This document shows, one piece after another, positions 37,531-46,544 of a DNA stretch of 64,000 nt. The notes beneath the pieces were generated by a model, which saw nothing but the letters and a program-made list of their open reading frames with translations, ran no database searches and was not told the DNA's origin. The stretch's first letter is position 1. Each line of letters starts with the position of its first letter. Both the position numbers and the translations under genes were made by a program. Source of the DNA: a candidate division FCPU426 bacterium. GTDB taxonomy: Bacteria > Oederibacteriota > Muellerivitia > Muellerivitales > Muellerivitaceae. The stretch spans positions 256,001-320,000 of the forward strand of contig CAVRAL010000004.1 of the NCBI GenBank assembly GCA_963719085.1, in the 5' to 3' direction.

Positions 37531-38650
37531 CCGGCACCTCGATTCCAGTATTCGTCTGTCCCTGAGCGGCGGCGGGCTCTTTCGGAGGCGTTTGTCCCTT
37601 GAGGGGCAGGTTTAAATCAAAAGGAACACTGGCGGTCAAATGGAAAGCCCAGCCCCAAAACTCGTCGATCCAAGCGGATTTTATCTGGGCGTCCAATTGG
37701 ATGCCGGAGTCAAAAACCAAGTCCTTCTTCAAGCCCGCCTCCACGTAAAGCCGGCTGGAGCGGTAAAAGGACGGGTCGGTTCCTTGGGAATTATAGTTGG
37801 GGTCGCCTTCCTGGGAGAAAAAGTCTTGGGCGTTCCAATAGAGCCCGTAAAGCTCCACCCAGCTTCCCGGCGTGACCGATCCCCTGACATAAAACCCGCG
37901 GCCCCAATCCGGGCCGATATCAAATTTGCCCTCAAAGTCGCTGCTGGCGACGGCGAAAAGATCAAGCCGGCTCTTTCCCAAGAAACCCAGATCTTCCCCG
38001 ATTTTAAAACCCAGCGCGGGATTATAGTTGTTCACCACCCGGATATTGAAGATCCGGCCGCCCTCATGGTAACCGTGGAACTGCATCTGAAGGGAAGCCT
38101 TGGGGCTTAAAGCCGCGGTTAAGACTCCGCCGTAATCAAAAATCTCATCCTGCCCCGGCTGATCCACCTGCTGCCAATCCAGATAAAGATCGGTATTAAA
38201 TCCCTCGTCCTTTTCCAACCACTGAAATCCATATTCCACCGGCCGGGTAATTTCCAAGGTCTCGTTTTCCAGCGGCGCGATAAAACCGTGGCGGTTTTGG
38301 TTTTCAATCGTTCCCATGATCAGGCGGGTCGTGTCCGTGTGGTACTCAAAAGAAAGGATGGGCTTAAACTCAACCGAGGCGTTGTCCTGATTTTGGTCCT
38401 CCACGAAAAAACCCGCCCGGAAGCCCGTGACTTTCCCCGTGGAAGCGGCCAAGAGGGATGAAAATCGCTCGCCCACCAGGCTCAACCCGGAGCGGAAAGG
38501 CCCGGTAAACACCTCGTTGTCGTCGTAAAAGGACAGTTGGCTTTGGAGGATTGGCGTTGGGGTCTGGGCCTGCGCGCGCGCCGCGCTGGAATTTAAAAAA
38601 AAGAGGGTGAAAAGACCGGCGCTCAAAATTAAAACAAAACGGAAAATCAT
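37520..38650 (-). CDS. Putative outer-membrane beta-barrel protein (paralog)
   Basis: Shares PILSF.YHT, NRHG, TRP.EYGFQW, LDWQQ, FDYGG and EGD.NY with its neighbour. Confidence 0.7.
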   Translation of the reverse strand: MIFRFVLILSAGLFTLFFLNSSAARAQAQTPTPILQSQLSFYDDNEVFTGPFRSGLSLVGERFSSLLAASTGKVTGFRAGFFVEDQNQDNASVEFKPILSFEYHTDTTRLIMGTIENQNRHGFIAPLENETLEITRPVEYGFQWLEKDEGFNTDLYLDWQQVDQPGQDEIFDYGGVLTAALSPKASLQMQFHGYHEGGRIFNIRVVNNYNPALGFKIGEDLGFLGKSRLDLFAVASSDFEGKFDIGPDWGRGFYVRGSVTPGSWVELYGLYWNAQDFFSQEGDPNYNSQGTDPSFYRSSRLYVEAGLKKDLVFDSGIQLDAQIKSAWIDEFWGWAFHLTASVPFDLNLPLKGQTPPKEPAAAQGQTNTGIEVPDAL

Positions 38651-38694
38651 GCGATCCCTTTAAGAAACGAACATCGGAAGTTTACGCGGCCAAT

Positions 38695-38722
38695 AAAAAA
38701 CGGGAGCGTTTCCGCTCCCGTT
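38695..38722 (-). terminator. Intrinsic terminator
   Basis: AACGGGAGCG-GAAA-CGCTCCCGTTTTTT on the minus strand. Confidence 0.85.
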
Positions 38723-38761
38723 CAAGTGGCTTTAAATTCCTTCGACTTTTAAACTTCTTAA

Positions 38762-40192
38762 TTAAAAGACTAACGAGAGATTCACTCCGGCCGCGATGCC
38801 GCTCAAATCCATCGTCAGAGGCACGTAGCTGCCTCCGGGTTGAGCCGACGCGGAACCTTGGGAGCTGCCCGGGGTGGTCACGTCACCGCTCTTCGTGTCC
38901 ACCTGCAACTTGTTGTTGTTTGAATCCGTGAAGCTCGAGATGTTCAGGTAACGGAAGCCCACATAGGGTCCCAGAAGTATTTCTTTGGACAGTTTGAAAT
39001 CAACTCCCAAATTCACGTGGCCGCCAAAAGCCATTCCATTGAAATTATCGGAAAAGCCGTTGGTGGTAGGCGTATTTTCGAGGGCTTCTTTCGTGAATCC
39101 CAGGCTGACCGGCGATAATTCGCCGCCTGCCTCAATGTAGGGCACCGTATCCGAGTCCCCTAAATCAAGCCGGAAACCCAATCCCAAGTTCACCATGCTG
39201 ATGTTGTAGGTGTATTGATAGTCGTTGGTATTATCGTATATGTCGAACCATTGGTAGGTCAGGGTTCCCGCCGGCAAATAGGCGAATTCCAAGTTGACCT
39301 CGAAGTTCGGGCTGAATTGATAGTAGGGTTCAAAACCAATCGCCGCGGTCCAGGCGGGAGTTTGACCCGAAATGGAAACTCCGGTTGCCCCGCCGGGGGT
39401 TCCCGGCACCAAGCCGACCTTGGCCCCATCCTCAATCTGGCTCGGATTCGAAAGTATATTGTAAGCGCCGCCCTCGATATGAAAACCAAACCCCGGCGTA
39501 AAGCGGGGCGCGCCGCCGCCCACCATCTCCCCTTGGGAGGATTTACCCAGTTGGTCGCTCACCCACTGTTGATCATCGGAGTTCAAAGAAGCCTTATACC
39601 GGTAAGCCATGGTTTGGATCGAAGCGTTCGGGTATTTCTGATTGGCCAGGCCAAAATAAAGGGCCGCGTTTTTGTTGTCCTGGAGCATGGCGGAGGCGTA
39701 GCCCGCGTAGTAGTAAGGCTTATAGTCGTTGGGCGTATCCTGGATCGCCTGTTGGAAGAACGGCAGGGAGTCGGCGTATTGCCGCTGCTTCATGAGCGAC
39801 AAGCCCTGTTGCAGGGCCGTGGGAGTCACCACCGCGTTCGGCGAGGCTTGGCCGAGTTGAGTCTGAAGATTTTGCACGAATTGGGATAACTGGGCGTTGC
39901 TGGGATTCAAAGCCAAGGCTCTTTGATAGAAAGCCAGGGCGTCCGAGCGGCGGCCCAAAGCGTAAAAGCAATTGCCCAAACCCTGATAAGCCGGCGAGTA
40001 ATTGGGATCGATCTTGGTGGCGGCGCTGTAATACTGCGCGGCTTGAGCGTAATTGCGGGCCCCGTAAAGCTGGTTTCCAGCGGCGTAATATTGCGCGGCG
40101 GAAGCGGCTTGAGCTTGGGAAGGCCGCGGATGGCCAAGCGTGAATAACGTCAACCCGGCTAAGAACCATGCCCCCAATTTCAACCCGTGCAT
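38762..40192 (-). CDS. Exported TPR + beta-barrel protein (paralog of 33703..35058)
   Basis: GGAGG RBS before ATG 40192; TPRs; ends PLTMDLSGIAAGVNLSLVF. Confidence 0.75.
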   Translation of the reverse strand: MHGLKLGAWFLAGLTLFTLGHPRPSQAQAASAAQYYAAGNQLYGARNYAQAAQYYSAATKIDPNYSPAYQGLGNCFYALGRRSDALAFYQRALALNPSNAQLSQFVQNLQTQLGQASPNAVVTPTALQQGLSLMKQRQYADSLPFFQQAIQDTPNDYKPYYYAGYASAMLQDNKNAALYFGLANQKYPNASIQTMAYRYKASLNSDDQQWVSDQLGKSSQGEMVGGGAPRFTPGFGFHIEGGAYNILSNPSQIEDGAKVGLVPGTPGGATGVSISGQTPAWTAAIGFEPYYQFSPNFEVNLEFAYLPAGTLTYQWFDIYDNTNDYQYTYNISMVNLGLGFRLDLGDSDTVPYIEAGGELSPVSLGFTKEALENTPTTNGFSDNFNGMAFGGHVNLGVDFKLSKEILLGPYVGFRYLNISSFTDSNNNKLQVDTKSGDVTTPGSSQGSASAQPGGSYVPLTMDLSGIAAGVNLSLVF

Positions 40193-40386
40193 TGACGCCT
40201 CCGAAGTTCTAAGAAAGTGAAAGAATCTCAGACAAAAAATCGTTTTTTGTTTTTGACGAATTCCGCCATTATAAATTGAATTCAAATACCGTCTAGGAAA
40301 AACGGCCTCTCGAAGGCCTCTTTTTCCAAGGTTTTTAACGGCCAACCATCCTTAGAGCGCCTTGAAAAGCCCCCCACCGCCCCTAG

Positions 40387-41592
40387 TTAAACCAACCCTT
40401 GAGTCGAGACCACCGGAGCCACTTCGCGCGCGCCTTCCTGCGGTTCATAAATATAAACCTGCGCGTTAATATTCACCTTCTTTTTATACTCGGCGCGAAC
40501 TTGGTCGGCGAAGGCCTGCGTCTGATCCCCCTTGACGAGACAAACCAAATGACCACCCCAGCCGATGCCGGCCATGCGGGCCCCCAAGCAGCCCGGAAGG
40601 TTTTGCGTGATATTCCACAAAATATCAATTTCCCCGCAGGTCACCTTTAACTTGTCCGCTAAGGACGCGTGGGAGTCGTTCAAAAGCTGCCCAAAGCCTT
40701 CATAATCGCCCCGGGTCAAAATTTCCTTGGCCCGCCTCACCCTTTGATTCTCATAAACCACATGGTCCAGGCGTTTGCGCAAAATGATGTCCACCTTCTT
40801 GCGCGCGTCCTCATAGGCTTCCCCGCTCACGTCCCTTAAAGAAATGACCTTGGGAACATATTTGCGGATCTCGGTGAGCAATTGACCGAAAAGTTCCAGG
40901 CGCTTTTTAAACTCGTCTTCCCGTTCTTTTTTCTTCACCCCGCTGTCCACGATGACCAGCTTGTAGGCCTTGGAATCAAAGGGCATGTACTCGGGTTTGA
41001 AACTGCGCGAGTCCAGCATGACCAATTGGTCTTTTTTCGACATCTTGGCGGCAAAGGGCGAGAAATAATCGCCCCGGGCCCCGATGAACTGGGTTTCCAC
41101 CCTTTGGCAAAGCTTGACCAAAGTGGTGTCGTCCAAGGGGTTGGTGCCCAGGATATTGCAGGCCACGCCGGTGGCCGTCTCGATAGCCGCCGAGACGCCC
41201 AGTCCGATATTTTCCGGGATGTCGCTGACGATGACCATTTGGATGCCCTCGAACTTGCGGCCCGTGCGCTCGTAAAAATATAGCACGCCCTTGGGGAAGT
41301 TGGCCCAGCCGTCCTGACGGTCAAAGCGGAGCGTGGCCAGGTTGATCTTGATTTTCTCGTCATAGCTCAGGGAATGGATGACCGCTTGACGGTCGTTACG
41401 GCGCTGGGCCGCGATCACCACCGAGTGGGATCCGGCCGCCACCAAACTGAAGCCGTCCACGGCTTCGGTATATTCGCCGCCCAAAAGGGTGATCCGGCTT
41501 GGCGCGGTCACCAGGGTCACGTGTTTTCCCACATCGCCGAATTGGTGATGAAAGGTGCTTTGGGCTTTTTTGATCAAATCTTCGAGGGCCAT
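40387..41592 (-). CDS. Galactokinase-like GHMP kinase with degenerate motifs
   Basis: APSRITLLGGEYTE, IPENIGLGVSAA, SHASL and GARMAGIGWGG resemble GalK but deviate from it. Confidence 0.75.
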   Translation of the reverse strand: MALEDLIKKAQSTFHHQFGDVGKHVTLVTAPSRITLLGGEYTEAVDGFSLVAAGSHSVVIAAQRRNDRQAVIHSLSYDEKIKINLATLRFDRQDGWANFPKGVLYFYERTGRKFEGIQMVIVSDIPENIGLGVSAAIETATGVACNILGTNPLDDTTLVKLCQRVETQFIGARGDYFSPFAAKMSKKDQLVMLDSRSFKPEYMPFDSKAYKLVIVDSGVKKKEREDEFKKRLELFGQLLTEIRKYVPKVISLRDVSGEAYEDARKKVDIILRKRLDHVVYENQRVRRAKEILTRGDYEGFGQLLNDSHASLADKLKVTCGEIDILWNITQNLPGCLGARMAGIGWGGHLVCLVKGDQTQAFADQVRAEYKKKVNINAQVYIYEPQEGAREVAPVVSTQGLV

Positions 41593-41649
41593 GAAACGCT
41601 CCTAAATTATTTTTTTCAAGAACCAGACAAGAGCGTGGGCCTTCCGGTT

Positions 41650-42468
41650 TTAAGGCCGAAGGGTCAGGTAATAAAACAAAACAGGGGCGGTAAAAAGCAA
41701 ACTGTCGATCCGGTCGAAGATCCCGCCGTGACCCGGGAAAAAAGAGCCCGAGTCCTTGGCCGAAAGGCTGCGCTTGATCATGGACTCCACCAAGTCCCCC
41801 AATTGGCCGAACAACGACATTAAAACTGAAAGGATCAAGAGATCCTTCCATCCGAAAATTTCCTGGTAGACGGGGAAAAAGGCCCAGAGCGCCCAAAGAC
41901 CGGCGCCGCACAACAAAAGCCCCCCAAAAGCGCCCTCCCAGGTTTTTTTGGGCGAGACCTGCGGCGTCATTTTATGGTTTCCCAAAAAGCGGCCGGCGAA
42001 ATAGCCGCCCGTGTCATAAGCCCAGGTGGCCACATAAACGAATAATAAAAGCCAGGACCCCCGGGGCAGGTCGCGCAAAAGCAGGAAGTATCCGCCTAAA
42101 AACCCAAAATAAAGCGTGGCGAAAAAGATCAAGCCTACCGAGCGAAGCATGTCCTGGGGAGGCCGGGGGGAAAAAAGAAAAGTCAAGGATAAGGCAAAGA
42201 GGGCGAACACCACCGATTCACGGTCCTTAAAAAACAAGAGCGAAGGGTCAAACGCGGGCGCCAGAATGACCAATAGACAAACATAGGACGCCCACGGTAC
42301 GGCCTTGGCTTTTTTATCCGGGGACATTTGAAACCACTCGTGAAGGGCCAAAATCAGGGCCACCGCCACCAGAATCTTGAAGGCCAGCGGTTGGGGATAG
42401 AAGGTGACGGCTAAAAGCAAGGGCATGGCGATGAGGGCGACTAAAACCCGTTTGGCTAAAGGTCCCAT
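41650..42468 (-). CDS. cdsA: Phosphatidate cytidylyltransferase
   Basis: SPKKTWEG, GDLVESMIKR...KDSG..FPGHGGIFDRIDS. Confidence 0.96.
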   Translation of the reverse strand: MGPLAKRVLVALIAMPLLLAVTFYPQPLAFKILVAVALILALHEWFQMSPDKKAKAVPWASYVCLLVILAPAFDPSLLFFKDRESVVFALFALSLTFLFSPRPPQDMLRSVGLIFFATLYFGFLGGYFLLLRDLPRGSWLLLFVYVATWAYDTGGYFAGRFLGNHKMTPQVSPKKTWEGAFGGLLLCGAGLWALWAFFPVYQEIFGWKDLLILSVLMSLFGQLGDLVESMIKRSLSAKDSGSFFPGHGGIFDRIDSLLFTAPVLFYYLTLRP

Positions 42469-43226
42469 GTCACGCTCCCGGACTTATTTTCAACGCCGCC
42501 GAAACGCCGGTCGCGTTTTTGAAATTCCCGCAAGGCACCCACCAGGGCCTTTTTCCTAAAGTCGGGCCAAAGGGTCTTGGTGATATAAAACTCCGAATAA
42601 GCCAGCTCCCACAAAAGGAAATTCGACAACCTTATTTCCCCGCTGGTGCGGATTAAAAGATCCACCGAGGGAAACCCGCCCGTGGATAGCGCGCGGGTGA
42701 TGTCGCCTTCGGTGATTTTCGAGGGCTTCAGCCGGTTTTCTTTCACCCGAGCCGCCAATTTCCGGAAAGCCTCGGCCAGGTCCGCCCGACCGCTATAAGA
42801 AAGCGCCAAAACCAGTTTCAATCCCGTGCAATGGGCGGTGGCCTTCATGGCGTTTTTAAGCTCGGTTTGGATTTCGGCGGGCAGATCCCGGGTGCGGCCG
42901 ATGGTTAAAAGCCTCACGTTATTTTTTAAAAGCTCCGCCACTTCCTGCCGCAAATAGCGCTTCAGTAGAAGCATGAGAAGCCGGACTTCCTGGCGGGGAC
43001 GTTTCCAATTTTCGGTCGAGAAAGCGTAAAGGGTCAAAACTTCCACGCCCACTTCGCCCGAGAGGCGGACCACTTCCCGGACCGATTCCGCCCCGGCCCG
43101 GTGCCCGGCGATTCTCGGGAGCGAGCGCTTTTTAGCCCAACGGCCGTTTCCATCCATGATGATGGCCACATGGCGGGGAATTTGGGGGGTGAGCCTGTAT
43201 TTCTTCAGGAGGGATTCAGTGGCCAT
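42456..43226 (-). CDS. uppS: Undecaprenyl diphosphate synthase
   Basis: HVAIIMDGNGRWA, YAFSTENWKRP, IRTSGE.RLSNFLLW. Confidence 0.97.
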   Translation of the reverse strand: MATESLLKKYRLTPQIPRHVAIIMDGNGRWAKKRSLPRIAGHRAGAESVREVVRLSGEVGVEVLTLYAFSTENWKRPRQEVRLLMLLLKRYLRQEVAELLKNNVRLLTIGRTRDLPAEIQTELKNAMKATAHCTGLKLVLALSYSGRADLAEAFRKLAARVKENRLKPSKITEGDITRALSTGGFPSVDLLIRTSGEIRLSNFLLWELAYSEFYITKTLWPDFRKKALVGALREFQKRDRRFGGVENKSGSVTWDL

Positions 43227-43279
43227 GGGGTAGACGGGGCTTGCCTTTCACAGGGTTCGCCGGGGGGCGGAGCCTTCGG

Positions 43280-43837
43280 TCAGAATTCCAAAATTTCCTT
43301 TTCCTTATGCTCGGACAGCTTCTTGATCTCATCGGTGTATTGGTCGGTCATTTTTTGGATCCGGTCCTGGTTCTTTTTGATCTCGTCCTCAGGCATGGAT
43401 TTTTTCAGCTGATCCAGATGCTTGTTCGCGTCTTGGCGCACGCCCCGGACCACGACCCGCCCTTCCTCGGCGTGTTTGTGGACCAACTTGACGAATTCTT
43501 TGCGGCGTTCCTCGGTCAAGGGCGGCATATTGATGCGGATCAGTTTACCGTCATTATTGGGGGTCAGGCCTAAGTCGCTTTTGAGGATGGCTTTTTCAAT
43601 GTCCACCAAGGCCTTCGCGTCCCAGGGCTTTATTTCCAAGGTGCGGGAGTCGGTGGCCGAGATATTGGCGACCTGGTTCAAGGGCACGTAAGAACCGTAA
43701 TATTCCACCTTGATGTTTTCCACCAACGAACCGGTGGCCCGGCCCGTGCGGATCGAGGAAAAATCCCGTTTGGTGGCCTCGATGGCTTTTTTCATCCCGC
43801 CTTCGGCTTCATTTAAAACTTCTTGGATATCGGCCAT
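43280..43837 (-). CDS. frr: Ribosome recycling factor
   Basis: IRTGRA, VEYYG, PPLTEERRKE. Confidence 0.97.
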   Translation of the reverse strand: MADIQEVLNEAEGGMKKAIEATKRDFSSIRTGRATGSLVENIKVEYYGSYVPLNQVANISATDSRTLEIKPWDAKALVDIEKAILKSDLGLTPNNDGKLIRINMPPLTEERRKEFVKLVHKHAEEGRVVVRGVRQDANKHLDQLKKSMPEDEIKKNQDRIQKMTDQYTDEIKKLSEHKEKEILEF

Positions 43838-43868
43838 GGCAACTGTCTCCTTCCGAGGACTTGAGGCG

Positions 43869-44609
43869 CTACCGGACCAGCGTTCCAATGGGTTCTCCCC
43901 AAATGACGCGCTTGATGTTTTCTTTTTGCTTCAGGCTGAAAACCACGATCGGCAGCTTGTTTTCCATGCAAAGGGTCAGGGCGGTCGTGTCCATCACCCG
44001 AAGGCGGCGGTTGATGGCTTCCAGATAAGTGAGGGTCTTGAACTTTTTAGCTTTCGGGTCTTTTTTCGGGTCCGCGCTGTAGATGCCGTCCACGTTGGTG
44101 GCCTTCAAGATGGCGTCGGCGCCGATCTCGATGGCGCGAAGCGCCGCGGCCGTATCCGTGGTGAAATAGGGGTTCCCGGTTCCGCCGGCGAAAATCACGA
44201 TGCGGTTTTTTTCCAAGTGGCGCATAGCGCGGCGGCGGATGAAGGGCTCGGCGACCTTGGACATTTCAATGGCGCTTTGCACCCGGGTAAAGGCGCCGAG
44301 TTTTTCCAAGGCGTTTTGAAGGGCCAGCGCGTTGATCAGGGTGGCCAGCATGCCCATGTAGTCGCTGGAGACGCGGTCCATACCCATCTTTTCGCCGTCG
44401 GCACCGCGGTAAATGTTCCCGCCGCCGATGACCAGGGCCACCTTCACCCCGCTTTTGTGGACCCCGTATACGGCCTTGGCGATTTCTTGCACGACGACCG
44501 CGTCGATGCCGTAGCCTTGGCTGCCCGCCAGGGCCTCCCCCGAAATCTTCAACAACACTTTCTTATAGAGAGGCTTCTTTTTGGGCCCCGCGGGGGAAGA
44601 AGCCTTCAT
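43869..44609 (-). CDS. pyrH: UMP kinase
   Basis: [27 protein letters not shown]. Confidence 0.97.
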   Translation of the reverse strand: MKASSPAGPKKKPLYKKVLLKISGEALAGSQGYGIDAVVVQEIAKAVYGVHKSGVKVALVIGGGNIYRGADGEKMGMDRVSSDYMGMLATLINALALQNALEKLGAFTRVQSAIEMSKVAEPFIRRRAMRHLEKNRIVIFAGGTGNPYFTTDTAAALRAIEIGADAILKATNVDGIYSADPKKDPKAKKFKTLTYLEAINRRLRVMDTTALTLCMENKLPIVVFSLKQKENIKRVIWGEPIGTLVR

Positions 44610-44612
44610 GGC

Positions 44613-45203
44613 TTACTCCCCGACTTGGAGCCGGGCGAACCGGCGAACCACGACGTTTTCGCCGACCTTGGCGGCCACTTCGGTGACGTATTGTTTCACG
44701 GTTTTTTTCGCTTCCCGGATATAGGGCTGTTCCAAAAGGCAAACCTGTTTGTAATAGCTCTCGATTTTGCCCTCGGCGATCTTGGTCTGCACGGCCTCGG
44801 GCTTGCCCGATTGCTTGGCTTCGTTCAGGTAAATCTCGCGTTCTTTTTCAAGCTCGGCGGCCGGGACTTCTTCCCGGGTGACGTACTTGGGGGTCGAGGC
44901 GGCCACCTGCATGGCCAACTCTTTGGCCAGGGCTTGGAAGTCGTCGGTCTTGGCCACGAAATCAGTCTCGCAGTTCAGCTCCACCATCACGCCCAATTTT
45001 CCGGCGTGCACGTAGGTCCCGATCACGCCCTGGGACGCCGCGCGCCCCGCGCGCTTGGCCACTTGGGCCGCCCCGCGCTCGCGCAGGTAGGCCACGGCCT
45101 TTTCCAAATCACCCGACGTCTCCGTCAGGGCTTTTTTACAATCCATCATGCCCGCGCCGGTCTTTTCGCGCAGGTCGCTTACCATCTTGGCGGTCACTTC
45201 CAT
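44613..45203 (-). CDS. tsf: Elongation factor Ts (short form)
   Basis: [34 protein letters not shown] at 45213-17. Confidence 0.97.
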   Translation of the reverse strand: MEVTAKMVSDLREKTGAGMMDCKKALTETSGDLEKAVAYLRERGAAQVAKRAGRAASQGVIGTYVHAGKLGVMVELNCETDFVAKTDDFQALAKELAMQVAASTPKYVTREEVPAAELEKEREIYLNEAKQSGKPEAVQTKIAEGKIESYYKQVCLLEQPYIREAKKTVKQYVTEVAAKVGENVVVRRFARLQVGE

Positions 45204-45253
45204 TTTGAACATCCTCCTAATAATTTGGGGGCCAAAAATCTTCAAAGGAATTT

Positions 45254-45361
45254 TTCACCACGAAGGTCGCAAAGTTCACGAAGTTAAAGAAAAACCAGCT
45301 TGTTCTTCAACTTGAAATTCTCGCCGCCTCGCTTCGTGCACTCAGTGAACTTCGTGGTAAA
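45254..45361. repeat. Intergenic inverted-repeat element between rpsB and tsf
   Basis: TTCACCACGAAGGTCGCAAAGTTCACGAAG ... CTTCGTGCACTCAGTGAACTTCGTGGTAAA (24/30 inverted match). Confidence 0.7.
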
Positions 45362-45372
45362 TATTTTTAAAC

Positions 45373-46335
45373 TTACTCGTCGCGGGTGCGCTTGGTGCGA
45401 ATCCGCTCGACTTTTTGGTTGGCCAATTCATCCGCCAAGGCGGCCACCGTGGTGATATCGCCGGCCAAGTGGCTGACGTCGGACACCAGCAGTTCGGACA
45501 CTTCTTTCTTTTCTTCCGCGACCTCGGCGGCGACTTCCTCAGCCGTTTCACCTTCGGACGGGACGCTGATTTCTTGCGCGGCGGCGGCCAAAAGCTCTTG
45601 GGCCACCTCACTGGTGGCGGAACCGCCCTCGGCGGAAACCTCGCGGCCTTCCAATTCCTTGGAACGGCCTTCCAGAATGGCGCTGGCCATGACCGAGGTC
45701 ATGAGCTTGACGGCGCGGATGGCGTCGTCGTTGCCCGGAACCACCACGTCAATTTCCTCAGGGTCGCAATTGGTGTCGACCACCGCGATGACCTTGATGC
45801 CGAGCTTGCGGGCTTCTTGGACCGCGATGTGTTCTTTCTTGGTGTCGATGACGAAGATGGCGCCCGGCAGTTTGTTCAGATTCTTGATGCCGCCCAAGGA
45901 GCGCTGCAGCTTTTCCTTGTCCTTGCCCAAGATGGCTTGTTCTTTTTTGGAACGCTTGGCCATTTCCAGGTCCGAGATGCTTTCCAATTCTTTCAGGTAG
46001 CCGATGGACTTTTTGATGGTGGCGAAGTTGGTGAGCATGCCGCCCAGCCAGCGGTAGTTGACGTAGTACATGCCGCAACGTTCAGCTTCTTCCTTAATGG
46101 CGTCTTGGGCTTGCTTCTTGGTTCCGACGAAAACAACCGTTTCGCCCGAGGCCGAGAGTTCTTTCACGTACTGATAGGCTTCTTTAAGTTTCTTGACCGT
46201 CTTTTGCAGGTCGATGATGTGGATGCCGTTGCGTTCGCCGAAAATGTAGGCGGCCATCTTGGGATTCCAGCGGCGGGTTTGATGTCCGAAATGGACACCC
46301 GCTTCCAACAATTGCTTCATCGAGACAGACATCAT
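45373..46335 (-). CDS. rpsB: 30S ribosomal protein S2 with acidic C-terminal extension
   Basis: [38 protein letters not shown]. Confidence 0.98.
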   Translation of the reverse strand: MMSVSMKQLLEAGVHFGHQTRRWNPKMAAYIFGERNGIHIIDLQKTVKKLKEAYQYVKELSASGETVVFVGTKKQAQDAIKEEAERCGMYYVNYRWLGGMLTNFATIKKSIGYLKELESISDLEMAKRSKKEQAILGKDKEKLQRSLGGIKNLNKLPGAIFVIDTKKEHIAVQEARKLGIKVIAVVDTNCDPEEIDVVVPGNDDAIRAVKLMTSVMASAILEGRSKELEGREVSAEGGSATSEVAQELLAAAAQEISVPSEGETAEEVAAEVAEEKKEVSELLVSDVSHLAGDITTVAALADELANQKVERIRTKRTRDE

Positions 46336-46544
46336 GGACAGACTCCTTTTTAGTTAAGCCACCGCTTTTCCATTTCCCCCGCTTCGAGGGAACCCTATCC
46401 ATCCCGCCTTTTAGGCGAAAGACACTCAAGGGCGTTTGAAGTAGCGTGTGAAATAGGCGAAGGCTTACGCCTTCTTACCTTCCCCCTTGACCCTAAGGCG
46501 GGGGGTGCAAGGTTATAGCATGAAATTCACTGATTTCACAATAT

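Noticed and set aside
43710..46353. Long plus-strand ORFs (525, 312 and 204 aa)
   Set aside because: Antisense shadows of the codon-biased pyrH, tsf and rpsB genes; the same applies to those opposite rpoD, mtaB and GH92.
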